The notes beneath the pieces were generated by a model, which ran no database searches, had not been told where the DNA came from, and saw only the letters and a program-made list of their open reading frames with translations. The translations under genes were made by a program, and so were the position numbers. Of a DNA stretch of 64,000 bases, positions 39,884-51,718 are shown in pieces (position 1 is the stretch's first letter; each line of letters begins with the position of its first letter). The DNA comes from Firmicutes bacterium UBA5435 (GTDB lineage Bacteria > Bacillota > UBA5435), in the NCBI GenBank assembly GCA_002426645.1, contig DIRN01000023.1:4947-68946 (forward strand), in the 5' to 3' direction.

Positions 39884-41365
39884 TTATCCTTGTAAAACTT
39901 CAAATGCTCCTTTTAACCTAGATGTAGTTCGTTCTTTCCCAAGGACCGAGATAGTCTCAAAGAGACCAGGAGATGCTGTTCTTCCTGTGATAGCTACTCT
40001 AATGGGCATGAATACCTGTCCAGTCTTTAGTCCGAGAGAGGCAGTTAGGCCACGGAGAAGAGGCTCTAACCCAGCTTCTGAGTAGTCATCACACTCTAAG
40101 AGTACATTGTAGGCAGCATGCAGGATCTTAGAGGTTGTTTCCTTATCCAACTTCTTTGGAATGAGAAGGGTTGGATCTTCGTAGACTATCTGGTCTTGGA
40201 AGAAGAAATCTACTAACTCTGGTGCTTCTGAGAGGAATTTGAGCCTTTCCTGAATCAATGGTATGATCCTTAGAAGATAGGCATATTCTTCATCTTTTAT
40301 AGGTTTTGATACAATACTAGCTTTTTGTAGATATGGCAGACATCGTTTAGCCACATCTTCAACGGTTAGACTTCTGATGTACATTCCATTGAGCCAATCT
40401 AATTTTTCATAAGAAAAGATTGCAGATGATTTACTCACCCGTTCCAATGTAAAGACCTCTTTGAGTTCTTGTAATGTAAAGAGTTCACGTTCGCCGTCGA
40501 GATTCCATCCAAGGAGGGCGAGGAAATTCACCATGGCTTCAGGTATGTAGCCCTTCGCATGAAATTCCTTTACTGTAGTGGCGCCATGTCGCTTACTTAA
40601 TTTTCCACCTTGCTGTGATAGTATTACAGGTAAATGAGCCATTTCAGGTGGTTCCCATCCCATGGCCTTATATAAGAGAATATGTTTAGGGGTACTAGGT
40701 ATCCACTCTTCACCACGCATTACATGGGTGATCTTCATAAGATGGTCATCAACTATGTTAGCAAAGTGGTAAGTTGGATATCCATCTGATTTTATTAGAA
40801 TAAAGTCATCTAGGGTTTTATTCTCAAAGGAAACCTCACCTCGGAGGAGGTCATTGAATGTGGTAGTCCCATGCAAAGGTACCTTGAACCTTATCACAGG
40901 CTTTATTCCTTCTGCTTCTAATTTATTGCATTCCTCTAGGGTAAGATTTCGGCAATGCCTGTCATATCCAGGAGGTAGACTATTGGCAGCTTGTTCAGCT
41001 CTGAGTGCTTTTAACCTCTCTGAAGAACAGTAGCATTTATATGCATCACCTGAATCTAAAAGTTTATTTATATACTCATTATAGAGGTGGAGCCGTTCAG
41101 ATTGAAAATATGGCCCATATTCTCCTCCTGCTTCTGGTCCTTCATCCCAGTCCATACCTAGCCATTCTAGACTCTTCATTATATCATATAGGGAATCCTC
41201 TACATATCGCGATCTGTCTGTGTCTTCTATTCGTAATATGAAAGTTCCTCCATTTGCCCTTGCAAAGAGCCAATTAAAGAGGGCGGTTCTTGCACCACCG
41301 ATATGAAGATAACCGGTGGGGCTAGGGGCAAATCTTACTCTAATTTTTCCGTTATTATCTTTCAA
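39884..41365 (-). CDS. gltX: Glutamate--tRNA ligase
   Basis: RFAPSPTGYLHIGG, RIEDTD, KLSKR. Confidence 0.97.
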   Translation of the reverse strand: MKDNNGKIRVRFAPSPTGYLHIGGARTALFNWLFARANGGTFILRIEDTDRSRYVEDSLYDIMKSLEWLGMDWDEGPEAGGEYGPYFQSERLHLYNEYINKLLDSGDAYKCYCSSERLKALRAEQAANSLPPGYDRHCRNLTLEECNKLEAEGIKPVIRFKVPLHGTTTFNDLLRGEVSFENKTLDDFILIKSDGYPTYHFANIVDDHLMKITHVMRGEEWIPSTPKHILLYKAMGWEPPEMAHLPVILSQQGGKLSKRHGATTVKEFHAKGYIPEAMVNFLALLGWNLDGERELFTLQELKEVFTLERVSKSSAIFSYEKLDWLNGMYIRSLTVEDVAKRCLPYLQKASIVSKPIKDEEYAYLLRIIPLIQERLKFLSEAPELVDFFFQDQIVYEDPTLLIPKKLDKETTSKILHAAYNVLLECDDYSEAGLEPLLRGLTASLGLKTGQVFMPIRVAITGRTASPGLFETISVLGKERTTSRLKGAFEVLQG

Positions 41366-41537
41366 TTTCCCATCCCTGGTTCAAAAAGGTCTTCTGGTTA
41401 ACCAGGAGTTCACTCCTTTCGCTATTTCTTTAATTATCTATCCCACGCTTACGAGGTAAAGAAGGTGCGACATTTAGTTTAAGTAAATAATACCTTTCAT
41501 ATACCAGAATTATATCATGTATGGTTTTATAATACAA
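41363..41537 (-). promoter_or_regulatory. gltX promoter and hairpin-bridged ribosome-binding site
   Basis: TTGTAT-17-TATAAT (41537-41509). SD GAAAGGAG (41420-41413), stem CCTGGTT/AACCAGG (41406-41375), 9 nt, TTG. Confidence 0.55.
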
Positions 41538-41700
41538 CTGGGGAACTTTCCAAACGAGGCCTATCATATCAAAGAAGAACTTAATAAAACTGGGTTGCAG
41601 ATTACGAAGACGTAGTTTATAATATATTGTGTCTATAGTACCTGAGTGGAAGTGTGTGTTGGTCTTTTTGAGAGGAGTAAGGGATAATAATCGGATAGAA

Positions 41701-41751
41701 AGGAGGAAGGCGTATTGGTAATATGCGGTTTCCTGCGCCTAATTTTTTATG
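41701..41751 (+). promoter_or_regulatory. Hairpin-bridged ribosome-binding site of the SGNH hydrolase
   Basis: AGGAGG (41701-41706), stem AGGCGTA/TGCGCCT (41708-41740), 8 nt, ATG 41749. Confidence 0.62.
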
Positions 41752-42783
41752 GATGATATAATAGTTACTGAGAGGTTCATAGAAGCCAAGGATTTCGATG
41801 ATTATAATATAATCCTAGATTCTCCTCTGCCTATGGTAAAGGGGACTATAGGATGGCGTGGCCCTAGATTTGGGCTTGAGGAGATAGATTTTCTTGATAG
41901 CATAAGTTCAACAGGGAATCTTTCGTTAAGGGCTAGATGCTCAACAGGGGTGTGGATTCGTTTTTCAACCAATAGCGAGGTAAGACTTAAAGGACAATTT
42001 CTAGGTTTTGCTAGACCCAAGAGAGCATTTGACTTGCGTGTTGATGGAGAATATGTTGAACTACAGGAGTCTACAACACAGGAAGAGTTCAATATTTCAT
42101 TAGGCACTTGCGGAGAATTTCATACTTACGAGCTTTTAATGCCTCATGTAGCAGAAGTGGAGATACAAGGGATAGAAGTGACTCCTGGTGCTACTTTTCG
42201 TTCTGTAGAGCCGATTAAACGTCTGATTTGGATAGCATGCGGTGATTCTATAACTCAAGGTATGAACGCAGATAGACCTAAGGATATCTATGTACAAATA
42301 GTTGCAGATAGATTAGGCCTTCTTTCTAGAAATTATGGTGTAGGGGGAGCTCGTATCTGGCCAGAGCTCTGGAAGAATGGGATTAATGGTGATGCTCATC
42401 TTATTTCCATGCTAATAGGCGTAAATGATCATAATTGTGGCGATAATATAGATGAATTTAAAGAAAAGTATAGTACGTTTCTTTCTTTAGCTTTAAATCG
42501 TCATCCTCAAGTCCCAATCATTTGTATCACTCCCATCTGGCGAAAGGGAGAGGATGCTCTTAATATAAAAGGGCTCTTCCTTGAAGATTATAGGGATGTT
42601 ATTCGTAGTCTTGTAAATGAGATGGCAAATCCAATGGTACAGGTAGTAGAAGGGAAAGAACTCTTACCTGAGGATCCTGAGTTGCTGTCTGATGGAGTAC
42701 ACCCTAATAATCAGGGGTTTAGAGTAATGGCAGATAATTTAGAACCATATCTTCAGAAGGCTATAAAGGGGATATATTTATGA
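41749..42783 (+). CDS. SGNH/GDSL hydrolase
   Basis: GDSITQG, GVGG, GVND, DGVHP. Confidence 0.88.
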   Translation: MDDIIVTERFIEAKDFDDYNIILDSPLPMVKGTIGWRGPRFGLEEIDFLDSISSTGNLSLRARCSTGVWIRFSTNSEVRLKGQFLGFARPKRAFDLRVDGEYVELQESTTQEEFNISLGTCGEFHTYELLMPHVAEVEIQGIEVTPGATFRSVEPIKRLIWIACGDSITQGMNADRPKDIYVQIVADRLGLLSRNYGVGGARIWPELWKNGINGDAHLISMLIGVNDHNCGDNIDEFKEKYSTFLSLALNRHPQVPIICITPIWRKGEDALNIKGLFLEDYRDVIRSLVNEMANPMVQVVEGKELLPEDPELLSDGVHPNNQGFRVMADNLEPYLQKAIKGIYL

Positions 42784-43184
42784 AAGAAACTTCTTATACA
42801 CTGGAAATACAGAGCACAAAACGGGATCAGATGATAGATATCACTTCTAGGGTGAGAGAAATTATAAGATTAAGTACTATCTCTTCGGGTTTGTGTTTAG
42901 TATTTGTCCCTCATACTACAGCAGGGGTTACCATTAATGAGAATGCTGATCCAGATGTTACAGGGGATATGTTGAGACAACTAGATAAGATGATCCCTTG
43001 GAATGGAGAATATAGACATATTGAAGGGAATTCCGCAGCTCATCTTAAGGCTTCAATGATGGGAAGCTCTGTGATGATTATAATAGATGAACGCGAGCTA
43101 CTTCTTGGGACTTGGCAGGGAATATATTTCTGTGAATTTGATGGTCCTAGAGATAGAAAGGTTATAGTTAAAGTGATGGGTTGA
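42780..43184 (+). CDS. yjbQ: YjbQ/UPF0047-family protein
   Basis: PHTTAG.TINEN, H.EGNS.AH, LGTWQGI..CEFDG. Confidence 0.93.
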   Translation: MKETSYTLEIQSTKRDQMIDITSRVREIIRLSTISSGLCLVFVPHTTAGVTINENADPDVTGDMLRQLDKMIPWNGEYRHIEGNSAAHLKASMMGSSVMIIIDERELLLGTWQGIYFCEFDGPRDRKVIVKVMG

Positions 43185-43197
43185 AGTTTATTAATAC

Positions 43198-43236
43198 GTA
43201 ATGATGACCCCAGTGCACTGGGGTCATCATGCATTA
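43198..43236. terminator. Terminator after yjbQ
   Basis: ATGATGACCCCAGT/ACTGGGGTCATCAT palindrome. Confidence 0.65.
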
Positions 43237-43840
43237 GTGCTTTGGTGTAAAAGAGCAGTAACCTATCTCATCGCATTCTGCTTTGATCTTATGCTAGGTT
43301 TCTGAGCTTTTTATGCTTTCTATAACAGTAGGGTATAGAATATAGTTTTCTTTGTATATATTATCTCTTAGGTTGAATGTGATGTACTTTACTACCTCAT
43401 CTAGGATTCTCTTGAGGGTATGGCTCTTAAAGAGCTCTTCTCCGCTGATTAAATCATATAGGCTTTTCTTTCTGAGACGAAGTTCATGATGTTTTTCAGC
43501 TTCTAAGAGATGTGTGGCTAAATAGCGAAAGAGATTTAATTCTTCAGTACCTATATCTTCTCTTTGAATCTTATCATTTGTCGCTTATAGTTCTTTTAGA
43601 AATTTTAATATCGCGTCATGTTCTGTTATAAAAGTATTGATAGGGTGTCCTTTTTCGAGGTTCTCTTGGAATTTTTCTAATTCTGCTCCTAAAATTTCAA
43701 GGTGTATGTCGCAGAGCTTCCCTAATTCCTCTGGTTTTACGCCTTCTTGTATGAGTCTTTGCTCTGCTTGGAGAAGGTGAGAAAGAAAAGGCTAGCTCCT
43801 GTAGGGCTTTAAGAAGATTAAGCTTTTTAGCATGGATTAT
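43234..43840 (-). pseudogene. DUF438/hemerythrin-like protein pseudogene
   Basis: AEQRLIQEG..KLCDIH..GHPINTFITEH..stop..EAEKHH..KENYILYP..stop..CDEIGYCSFTP. Two in-frame stops and frameshifts. Confidence 0.75.
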
Positions 43841-44238
43841 AATTTCTCTCTCTATAATATACTTCATACTCCGATGGCGAATATCCGGGAATGTGTTTTT
43901 TCGTTCCCTATTCAGCTTTATATTGTTTATATCATTTATGTTTTTATATGTATTTCGAGGTATATTGCCTGCTGCAAGCCTTTGGTTGAAGGAGACTAAA
44001 TTAGAAGGTTGCAGAAGGTAAGGTGCGGCTGGCAGGTATCTTTGCAGGTCTCGGTGTAGTAGCAACTATAGATAGCAAGTCATATTCTTTAGAAGCTGTC
44101 ATAACGCAGAGTCCTGACAGGCTCCAGAGCTACCTTGATTTTGCCTATGAAGCAAGGTATATAGCGGTGTTTCTTCTTATTTATGCTTTGACATTTATCA
44201 TCTTTTATTTACCGTATAAAAGTAGGCATCTTGTAGAT

Positions 44239-44919
44239 TTAGAAAGAGATTGAGACTATACAACCATTTGGAGCGGCTATTAGTGATAGCTTCTGTTCTT
44301 TGTTTCTTGCGTAAGCTCGCAGTATGAGTTTAGTTCCTCCCCACCCTATGACGGCTCCCGCTAAGACGTCTGATGGGAAATGAGCTCCATTGTATACCCT
44401 TGATACGCCTGCGACTGTTGCGAGAACCCAGAAAAGACCAGATTGTTCAGGGTATTTCTCAGCTAACACTGTGGCGACTGAGAAGGCAGTGGCTGAATGC
44501 CCAGATGGGAAGCTGAGTCGATCTACAGGTTGGCCACCGTTGAACCTTACCCCTTCAAGAGCCAATCCTGGTCTGGGTCTCCTTATAGTGTGTTTGAGTA
44601 GTTGAACGACAAGACCAGTTCCTGCTACTGAGTACAGTATAAGCCTTGCACTTTCCTGACCATTCTCTTTGTCCAATGTAGCGATTAAAAGTGCCTCTCC
44701 TATTGCACCAAAGCCATTCCCTAAAAAGCTAGCGCCTGTCATAACTGCGTCCATAGTATCGGATGTAAATGATCCGTTGATCCACCGGAATATATCTTCA
44801 TCTACTCTCTCTATCTCTGAACATTTAAGGGATGGAGGAGGTATGAACAAAAGTGTTATTAACGGTATACAAAGGATAAGGCAGATATTCCGAATAGAAG
44901 AATCCTTTAATCTTGTCAT
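44239..44919 (-). CDS. PAP2-family phosphatase
   Basis: K..IRRPRP, SFPSGHS, SRVYNGAHFPSD. Confidence 0.9.
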   Translation of the reverse strand: MTRLKDSSIRNICLILCIPLITLLFIPPPSLKCSEIERVDEDIFRWINGSFTSDTMDAVMTGASFLGNGFGAIGEALLIATLDKENGQESARLILYSVAGTGLVVQLLKHTIRRPRPGLALEGVRFNGGQPVDRLSFPSGHSATAFSVATVLAEKYPEQSGLFWVLATVAGVSRVYNGAHFPSDVLAGAVIGWGGTKLILRAYARNKEQKLSLIAAPNGCIVSISF

Positions 44920-45148
44920 TTTTTAAAACTCCTCTCCCAAACCTTAAGTACTTTTATTTACCCTTCTTAAGTTCTATATAGACTTTAAGAATCCTCCTAG
45001 AAGAATGAGGTTTAAAGGGTTTTTTGCATACAGGCAGGTATAGACTTGTCTTAATTACAAATTTAATATATGATTCAAAATCATGTAATTAAGGACATAA
45101 GCTTAATAGTAGCTTATCCCCGAGGATAAGCTGTGAACCCATGAGGTA

Positions 45149-46110
45149 TGTGATGTCTTAATGGTAGGAAGTGATGGCGCTGCGTTGAGGGCGGCTATAG
45201 CTGTAAAGGACAGGTTCCCCAAATGGTAGGGTGGTGATAACAAAGGGAAAAATGGTAGAGACTGGTGTCACGGCAAAGGCTTATTCGGACAGGATGGCTT
45301 TTCATGCTACACTTCCATATACACAACCAGGTAGTGAGGATAATTGGCGCTATCATGCTGATGATATATAAGATCGAAGGCTATGTATCTGATTGGGATC
45401 TTGCTATGATTTTATAGCTAAGAATTCAGGCAAAGCGCTTGAATATCTAGTTGATCTTGGTGTGCTCTTTGCAAGACGAGAAGATGGTAGGCTAGCTCAA
45501 TTTGTAACTGATGGTTCGGAATATGCAAGAGCGTGTTATACAGGGCCATATACTGCTAATCATATAGAAGAATCCCTTGTTAAAGAGGACGAAAGTAAGG
45601 ATTTGGATTCTCGTTACGCTGTCTTTATGGCTGGGGCAGCAATACTAGCTAAAGGCGGAGCGGAACAAGTAGTTAAGGTGAATGTATTTACACATGAATT
45701 TACTGGGGATGGATACGCAGCTGCCTTTAGAGTAGGTGCTGAATTAGTAAATATAGAATTCATTCAAATGGGAGGAGCGCAATGCTTATATGGATTTCAG
45801 TGCTAATCCTTCAGGGTCCGTTTTTCTGATCTCAGTCCCATATGGAAACGTAGATATGAAGATGAAATACATGAACGTATAGATGAACAGGCTAAAGAAT
45901 ATAGACCTCTAGCGAGAGCGCCTCGTTTATTCAGCGTTTTCAAGAAGGTATAACGGTAAGGTAAAGAGAGGAGACCACTATAGAGGGGCTCTATGCTGCG
46001 AGGGAGGCAGCTGGCGGTCAACGTGGCGCAAATAGGCCTAGTGGGCGAAGGAGCTCCTACTAACGAAGTAAAGGAAAGAGTTCAGAAGTTGATGGCATTT
46101 GCTGCTGGAG
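45149..46110 (+). pseudogene. Degraded FAD-binding oxidoreductase (SdhA/FrdA/NadB-like flavoprotein)
   Basis: CDVLMVGSDGAALRAAIA Rossmann start, then fragments QFVTDGSEYARACYTG and TGDGYAAAFRVGAELVNIEFIQ in different frames. Confidence 0.7.
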
Positions 46111-46291
46111 TCATCCGAACTAAGGAGAAGAAGCTAAATTTTACTCTAAGGTTTATAATAAAGAATGACTTTATAGATACCACCAGTTTATGTCAGCTTT
46201 TGAGAGAAATTTGTAGTAAGAGGATGAAGTTGAAACATTTAGCCAATTTTTTCACCGGAAACGGCGAATAAAGAGGAATAGTATGTTTGCA

Positions 46292-46352
46292 TTGACAGAT
46301 AATATTCTGTAAGATATACTTATTATTAGCACTCATGCTAATGGAGTGCTAA
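46292..46352 (+). promoter_or_regulatory. Sigma-A promoter and CIRCE (HrcA operator)
   Basis: TTGACA-17-TATACT, then perfect TTAGCACTC-N9-GAGTGCTAA (46326-46352). Confidence 0.95.
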
Positions 46353-46371
46353 TAGGGATTGACAAGCATAG

Positions 46372-46665
<294 letters not shown>

Positions 46666-46695
46666 GTTAAGAGTACGGCTCAAAATATAAGTTTT

Positions 46696-46841
46696 GTCAA
46701 CACCCCACTTATAGAAGGGTGATTTTAAAGGAAACAGGTAAATCTATTCAAAATAAAAGGATTCATTCCTTATATGTGTAGGGGTGGATTTGTAGATATA
46801 TAACTGCAATTCCCCACTACCTATAGAAGAAGTATCCTTGC
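46696..46841 (+). mobile_element. Non-autonomous IS200/IS605-type (IscB/HEARO-like ends) remnant
   Basis: Begins GTCAACACCCCACTTATAGAAG and ends GCAATTCCCCACTACCTATAGAAGAAGTATCCTTGC; no ORF. Confidence 0.55.
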
Positions 46842-46844
46842 TAG

Positions 46845-48497
<1,653 letters not shown>

Positions 48498-48529
48498 GTT
48501 GAGTAAGAAAAATTTATTTATTCAATACC

Positions 48530-48560
48530 GAAAGACCTCCTATATAGGGGGTCTTTCTAT
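48530..48560 (+). terminator. Terminator after groEL
   Basis: GAAAGACCTCCTA/TAGGGGGTCTTTC. Confidence 0.7.
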
Positions 48561-48694
48561 TAATAACATACGATTTTCCGGGACTTGTCATGTCCAAGAG
48601 AATGTGGTATGATTCATTTATAAGGAGTATTATAAAATTTATAGGAAATTTTGCAGAAGGAGCGGAGATTTCGACGAGTCGTTATCGTGAATAT

Positions 48695-49219
48695 ATGGAA
48701 AATACCGAAAAAAATATTTTACTAGCCGAAAGTGATATACAGGAAAAGGTTAAGGAGTTAGGAAAGAGAATTTCCAAGGACTATGAGGGAAGAGAATTGC
48801 TTGTAGTAGGTATATTAAAAGGGGCACTTATATTTATGGCAGATTTAGTACGTAATATTTCTCTTCCACTTACTTTGGATTTTATGGCAGTCTCTAGTTA
48901 TGGTGCTTCTACTACTTCTTCTGGTGTAGTAAGGATTCTCCGAGATCTTGAGCAAGATATCTACGGGAAGGATGTTCTCATAGTAGAAGATATAATCGAT
49001 ACGGGACTTACTCTTAACTACCTTCTCGCCAACTTAAAATCGAGACAGCCTAGAACATTAAAAATATGTTCCTTATTGGATAAGCCTACAAAACGTGTAG
49101 TAGAAGTAAGTCCCGATTACCTAGGCTTTGAGATTCCGGATCTATTTGTAATTGGGTATGGTTTAGACTATGCGGAACAGTACAGGCAACTTCCATATAT
49201 AGCTGTTTTAGAAGAGTAA
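48695..49219 (+). CDS. hpt: Hypoxanthine phosphoribosyltransferase
   Basis: ILKGA, VSSYG, VEDIIDTGLT, GYGLDY. Promoter TTGTCA-17-TATGAT at 48585-48613. Confidence 0.96.
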   Translation: MENTEKNILLAESDIQEKVKELGKRISKDYEGRELLVVGILKGALIFMADLVRNISLPLTLDFMAVSSYGASTTSSGVVRILRDLEQDIYGKDVLIVEDIIDTGLTLNYLLANLKSRQPRTLKICSLLDKPTKRVVEVSPDYLGFEIPDLFVIGYGLDYAEQYRQLPYIAVLEE

Positions 49220-49251
49220 GTTTAACGAGATATGGGAAACCATATATTCGA

Positions 49252-49334
49252 AAGGGGGTATTATATCGCTAGAGCGATGTAGATGAATTGCAATAGTTAT
49301 GGAACTCATCTGCTGGGTCTTGTGATATATTATG
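49252..49334 (+). promoter_or_regulatory. Hairpin-bridged ribosome-binding site of guaA
   Basis: AAGGGGGT (49252-49259), 68-nt hairpin (TATATCGC/GTGATATA outer, GTAGATGA/TCATCTGC inner), ATG 49332. Confidence 0.62.
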
Positions 49335-50882
49335 GAGAAGAAAGAATTCATTGCAATACTCGACTTTGGCTCTCAATATACCCAATTGATAGCTAGAAGG
49401 ATCAGAGAAGAGAATGTTTATTGCGAAATTTTTAATAATAACATTTCTGCTGAGAAGTTGAAGACCATGGGTCCTAAGGGAATTATCCTTTCAGGGGGAC
49501 CATATAGTATATATTCTAAAGGTTCTCTCCATTGCGATGGAGGGATATTCCAATTAGGCATTCCGGTGCTTGGTATATGTTATGGTATGCAATTGATGGT
49601 GCATCTCTTAGGCGGTAAAGTTGAGCGTTGGGAAGATAGAGACTATGGCTATAGTGAAGCCACTTTATATATTAAAGAGCCTGGAGAGATATTTAATGGA
49701 CTAAAGAATAAGTTACAGGCATGGATGAGCTATGGAGATGTAGTAGATGAGCTTCCTCAGGGTTTCCGTGTACTTGCTCATACGGATAACATCCCTGTAG
49801 CTGCTATCGCTGATATTCAAAGAGGGTTTTATGGTCTTCAGTTTCACCCAGAGGTTCTCTATACCCAGAGTGGAGAGGATATCCTTAAGAATTTTATTTT
49901 CGGAATATGTGGTTCTACGGGAGATTGGACAGTACAATCTTTTATAAAGAACAAGGTAAAGGAGATAAGGGAGAAGGTAGGGGATGGCAAAGTTGTTTGT
50001 GGTTTAAGTGGAGGTGTAGATTCATCTGCTGCTGCTCTCCTTGTCCACCAGGCTATTGGAGACAAACTTACATGTATATTTGTGAACAATGGATTGTTGC
50101 GTAAAGGAGAAGCTGAATCAGTTGTAGAAACCTTTCAGGATAATTTTAAGCTCAATCTGAAATATGTAGATGCTTCAGAACGTTTTCTAAAGAGGTTAGC
50201 AGGAGTAGTAGATCCTGAACTTAAAAGAAAGATTATAGGTGAGGAGTTCATTCGTATCTTTGAAGAAGAAGCAGATAAATTAGGGAAGACGGACTATTTG
50301 GTTCAAGGCACCCTTTATTCTGATGTTATTGAGAGTTCAGTGGCTCCCACAGGATCTACTGTAAGAGTAAAGAGCCATCATAATGTAGGTGGTCTTCCTG
50401 AGAAGATGAGTCTTAAACTCATTGAGCCTTTTGCAGAACTCTTTAAGGACGAAGTAAGGAAAATAGCTGGTGAATTAGGATTGCCCAAGGAGTTGGTCGG
50501 ACGTCATCCTTTTCCTGGCCCGGGACTAGGCATCAGGATAATTGGGGATATTACTGAAGAACGCCTTGAAATTTTACGAGAGGCGGATGCTATAGTAATT
50601 GAGGAAATTAAGAAGGCTGGACTTTATGAAGAGATTTGGCAGGCTTTTGCGGTTTTGACTTCAACAAGGACAGTGGGTGTTACAGGGGATAAAAGAACCT
50701 ATGATTACGTTGTTGCTGTGCGCGCTGTAGAAAGCAAGGATGGTATGACTTCTGATTGGGTTAGACTCCCATATGATCTTTTACAAGCTATCTCTATTAG
50801 AATAGTAAATGAAGTCAGCGGAGTTAGTAGAGTCGTATATGATATAAGTAGTAAACCGCCTTCTACAATAGAATGGGAGTAG
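49332..50882 (+). CDS. guaA: GMP synthase (glutamine-hydrolysing)
   Basis: [33 protein letters not shown]. Confidence 0.97.
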   Translation: MEKKEFIAILDFGSQYTQLIARRIREENVYCEIFNNNISAEKLKTMGPKGIILSGGPYSIYSKGSLHCDGGIFQLGIPVLGICYGMQLMVHLLGGKVERWEDRDYGYSEATLYIKEPGEIFNGLKNKLQAWMSYGDVVDELPQGFRVLAHTDNIPVAAIADIQRGFYGLQFHPEVLYTQSGEDILKNFIFGICGSTGDWTVQSFIKNKVKEIREKVGDGKVVCGLSGGVDSSAAALLVHQAIGDKLTCIFVNNGLLRKGEAESVVETFQDNFKLNLKYVDASERFLKRLAGVVDPELKRKIIGEEFIRIFEEEADKLGKTDYLVQGTLYSDVIESSVAPTGSTVRVKSHHNVGGLPEKMSLKLIEPFAELFKDEVRKIAGELGLPKELVGRHPFPGPGLGIRIIGDITEERLEILREADAIVIEEIKKAGLYEEIWQAFAVLTSTRTVGVTGDKRTYDYVVAVRAVESKDGMTSDWVRLPYDLLQAISIRIVNEVSGVSRVVYDISSKPPSTIEWE

Positions 50883-50962
50883 TAAAAGGATAACCCTTGG
50901 AGGGGAGTAGATCTTGCCATAAAGGAGGGAAGGGGTAACTTATAAGGTTACTAAACCCCCAA

Positions 50963-51241
50963 ATGCTTATGGATAGGATAAATGAAGGTACGGTAAGGTT
51001 TCAATTGGATAGTGAAGGGATTAAGGAAACTAAGAGGGTCCTCAGTGAGGTTTGTGAGGCACTTCAAGAGAAGGGGTATGACCCAGTAGATCAGCTCGTT
51101 GGATATTTTATATCTGGGGATCCTGCATACATAACTAATCATCGTGATGCTCGAACTCTAATAAAAAGATTGGATAAGGATGAACTTCTCGAGGAGATGG
51201 TTCGTTTCTACTTGAGAGGAATAGGCGTTTTTCATCCTTAA
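50963..51241 (+). CDS. IreB/UPF0297-family protein
   Basis: ALQEKGYDPVDQLVGY.ISGDPAYIT. SD (50922-50929) is separated from the ATG by a hairpin (50932-50959). Confidence 0.9.
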   Translation: MLMDRINEGTVRFQLDSEGIKETKRVLSEVCEALQEKGYDPVDQLVGYFISGDPAYITNHRDARTLIKRLDKDELLEEMVRFYLRGIGVFHP

Positions 51242-51302
51242 TGCGATAAGACTTATAGGATTATAAACTTTATTAATAACCTTTCTGCGAGGGGGCTGCG
51301 GG

Positions 51303-51683
51303 ATGAAGGAGCTAGGTGAGTTTCTAAAGAAGACACGAGAAGAGAAGGGTATATCATTAAAAGATGTCCAGGATAGGACTAAGATCCGTACCCGTTATTT
51401 AGAAGCCATTGAGAAAGGAGAGTTCCAAATTGTGCCAGGTGAAGTTTACCTTAGAGGATTTCTCCGAAGTTACGCTGAGTCTATAGGGCTTAATGGCTTT
51501 GAAATAGTTGACGAGTATAAGAGATTAGTTGCTGTTAGTAATGAAGACGAGGAAGAACCGCAGGTAGCAGTAGAATTAAACGAGGTAAAGCCCTGGAAAG
51601 CCAGATACCTTTGGGTATGGATTCCCCTCATTCTTCTCATAGGTTTCTTTATCTGGCGGTTTATTAGTAGAACCTTTTTTTAA
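51303..51683 (+). CDS. RodZ-like HTH + TM protein, short form
   Basis: GEFLKKTREEKG..TKIR.RYLEAIE.G..YLRGFLRSYA, then a C-terminal TM helix. Confidence 0.8.
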   Translation: MKELGEFLKKTREEKGISLKDVQDRTKIRTRYLEAIEKGEFQIVPGEVYLRGFLRSYAESIGLNGFEIVDEYKRLVAVSNEDEEEPQVAVELNEVKPWKARYLWVWIPLILLIGFFIWRFISRTFF

Positions 51684-51718
51684 AATTCTTACATATTCGA
51701 AAAAAGGAGGAATAATGT

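Noticed and set aside
41366-41500. T-box, or UGA read-through extending gltX
   Set aside because: No T-box consensus. The upstream in-frame GTG overlaps the SD, and the extension resembles nothing.
43697-44253. ORFs 43697-44065 (minus) and 44023-44253 (plus)
   Set aside because: No convincing SD or motifs; probably debris of the pseudogene region.
48600-49331. Purine riboswitch before hpt or guaA
   Set aside because: The conserved aptamer core was not found.
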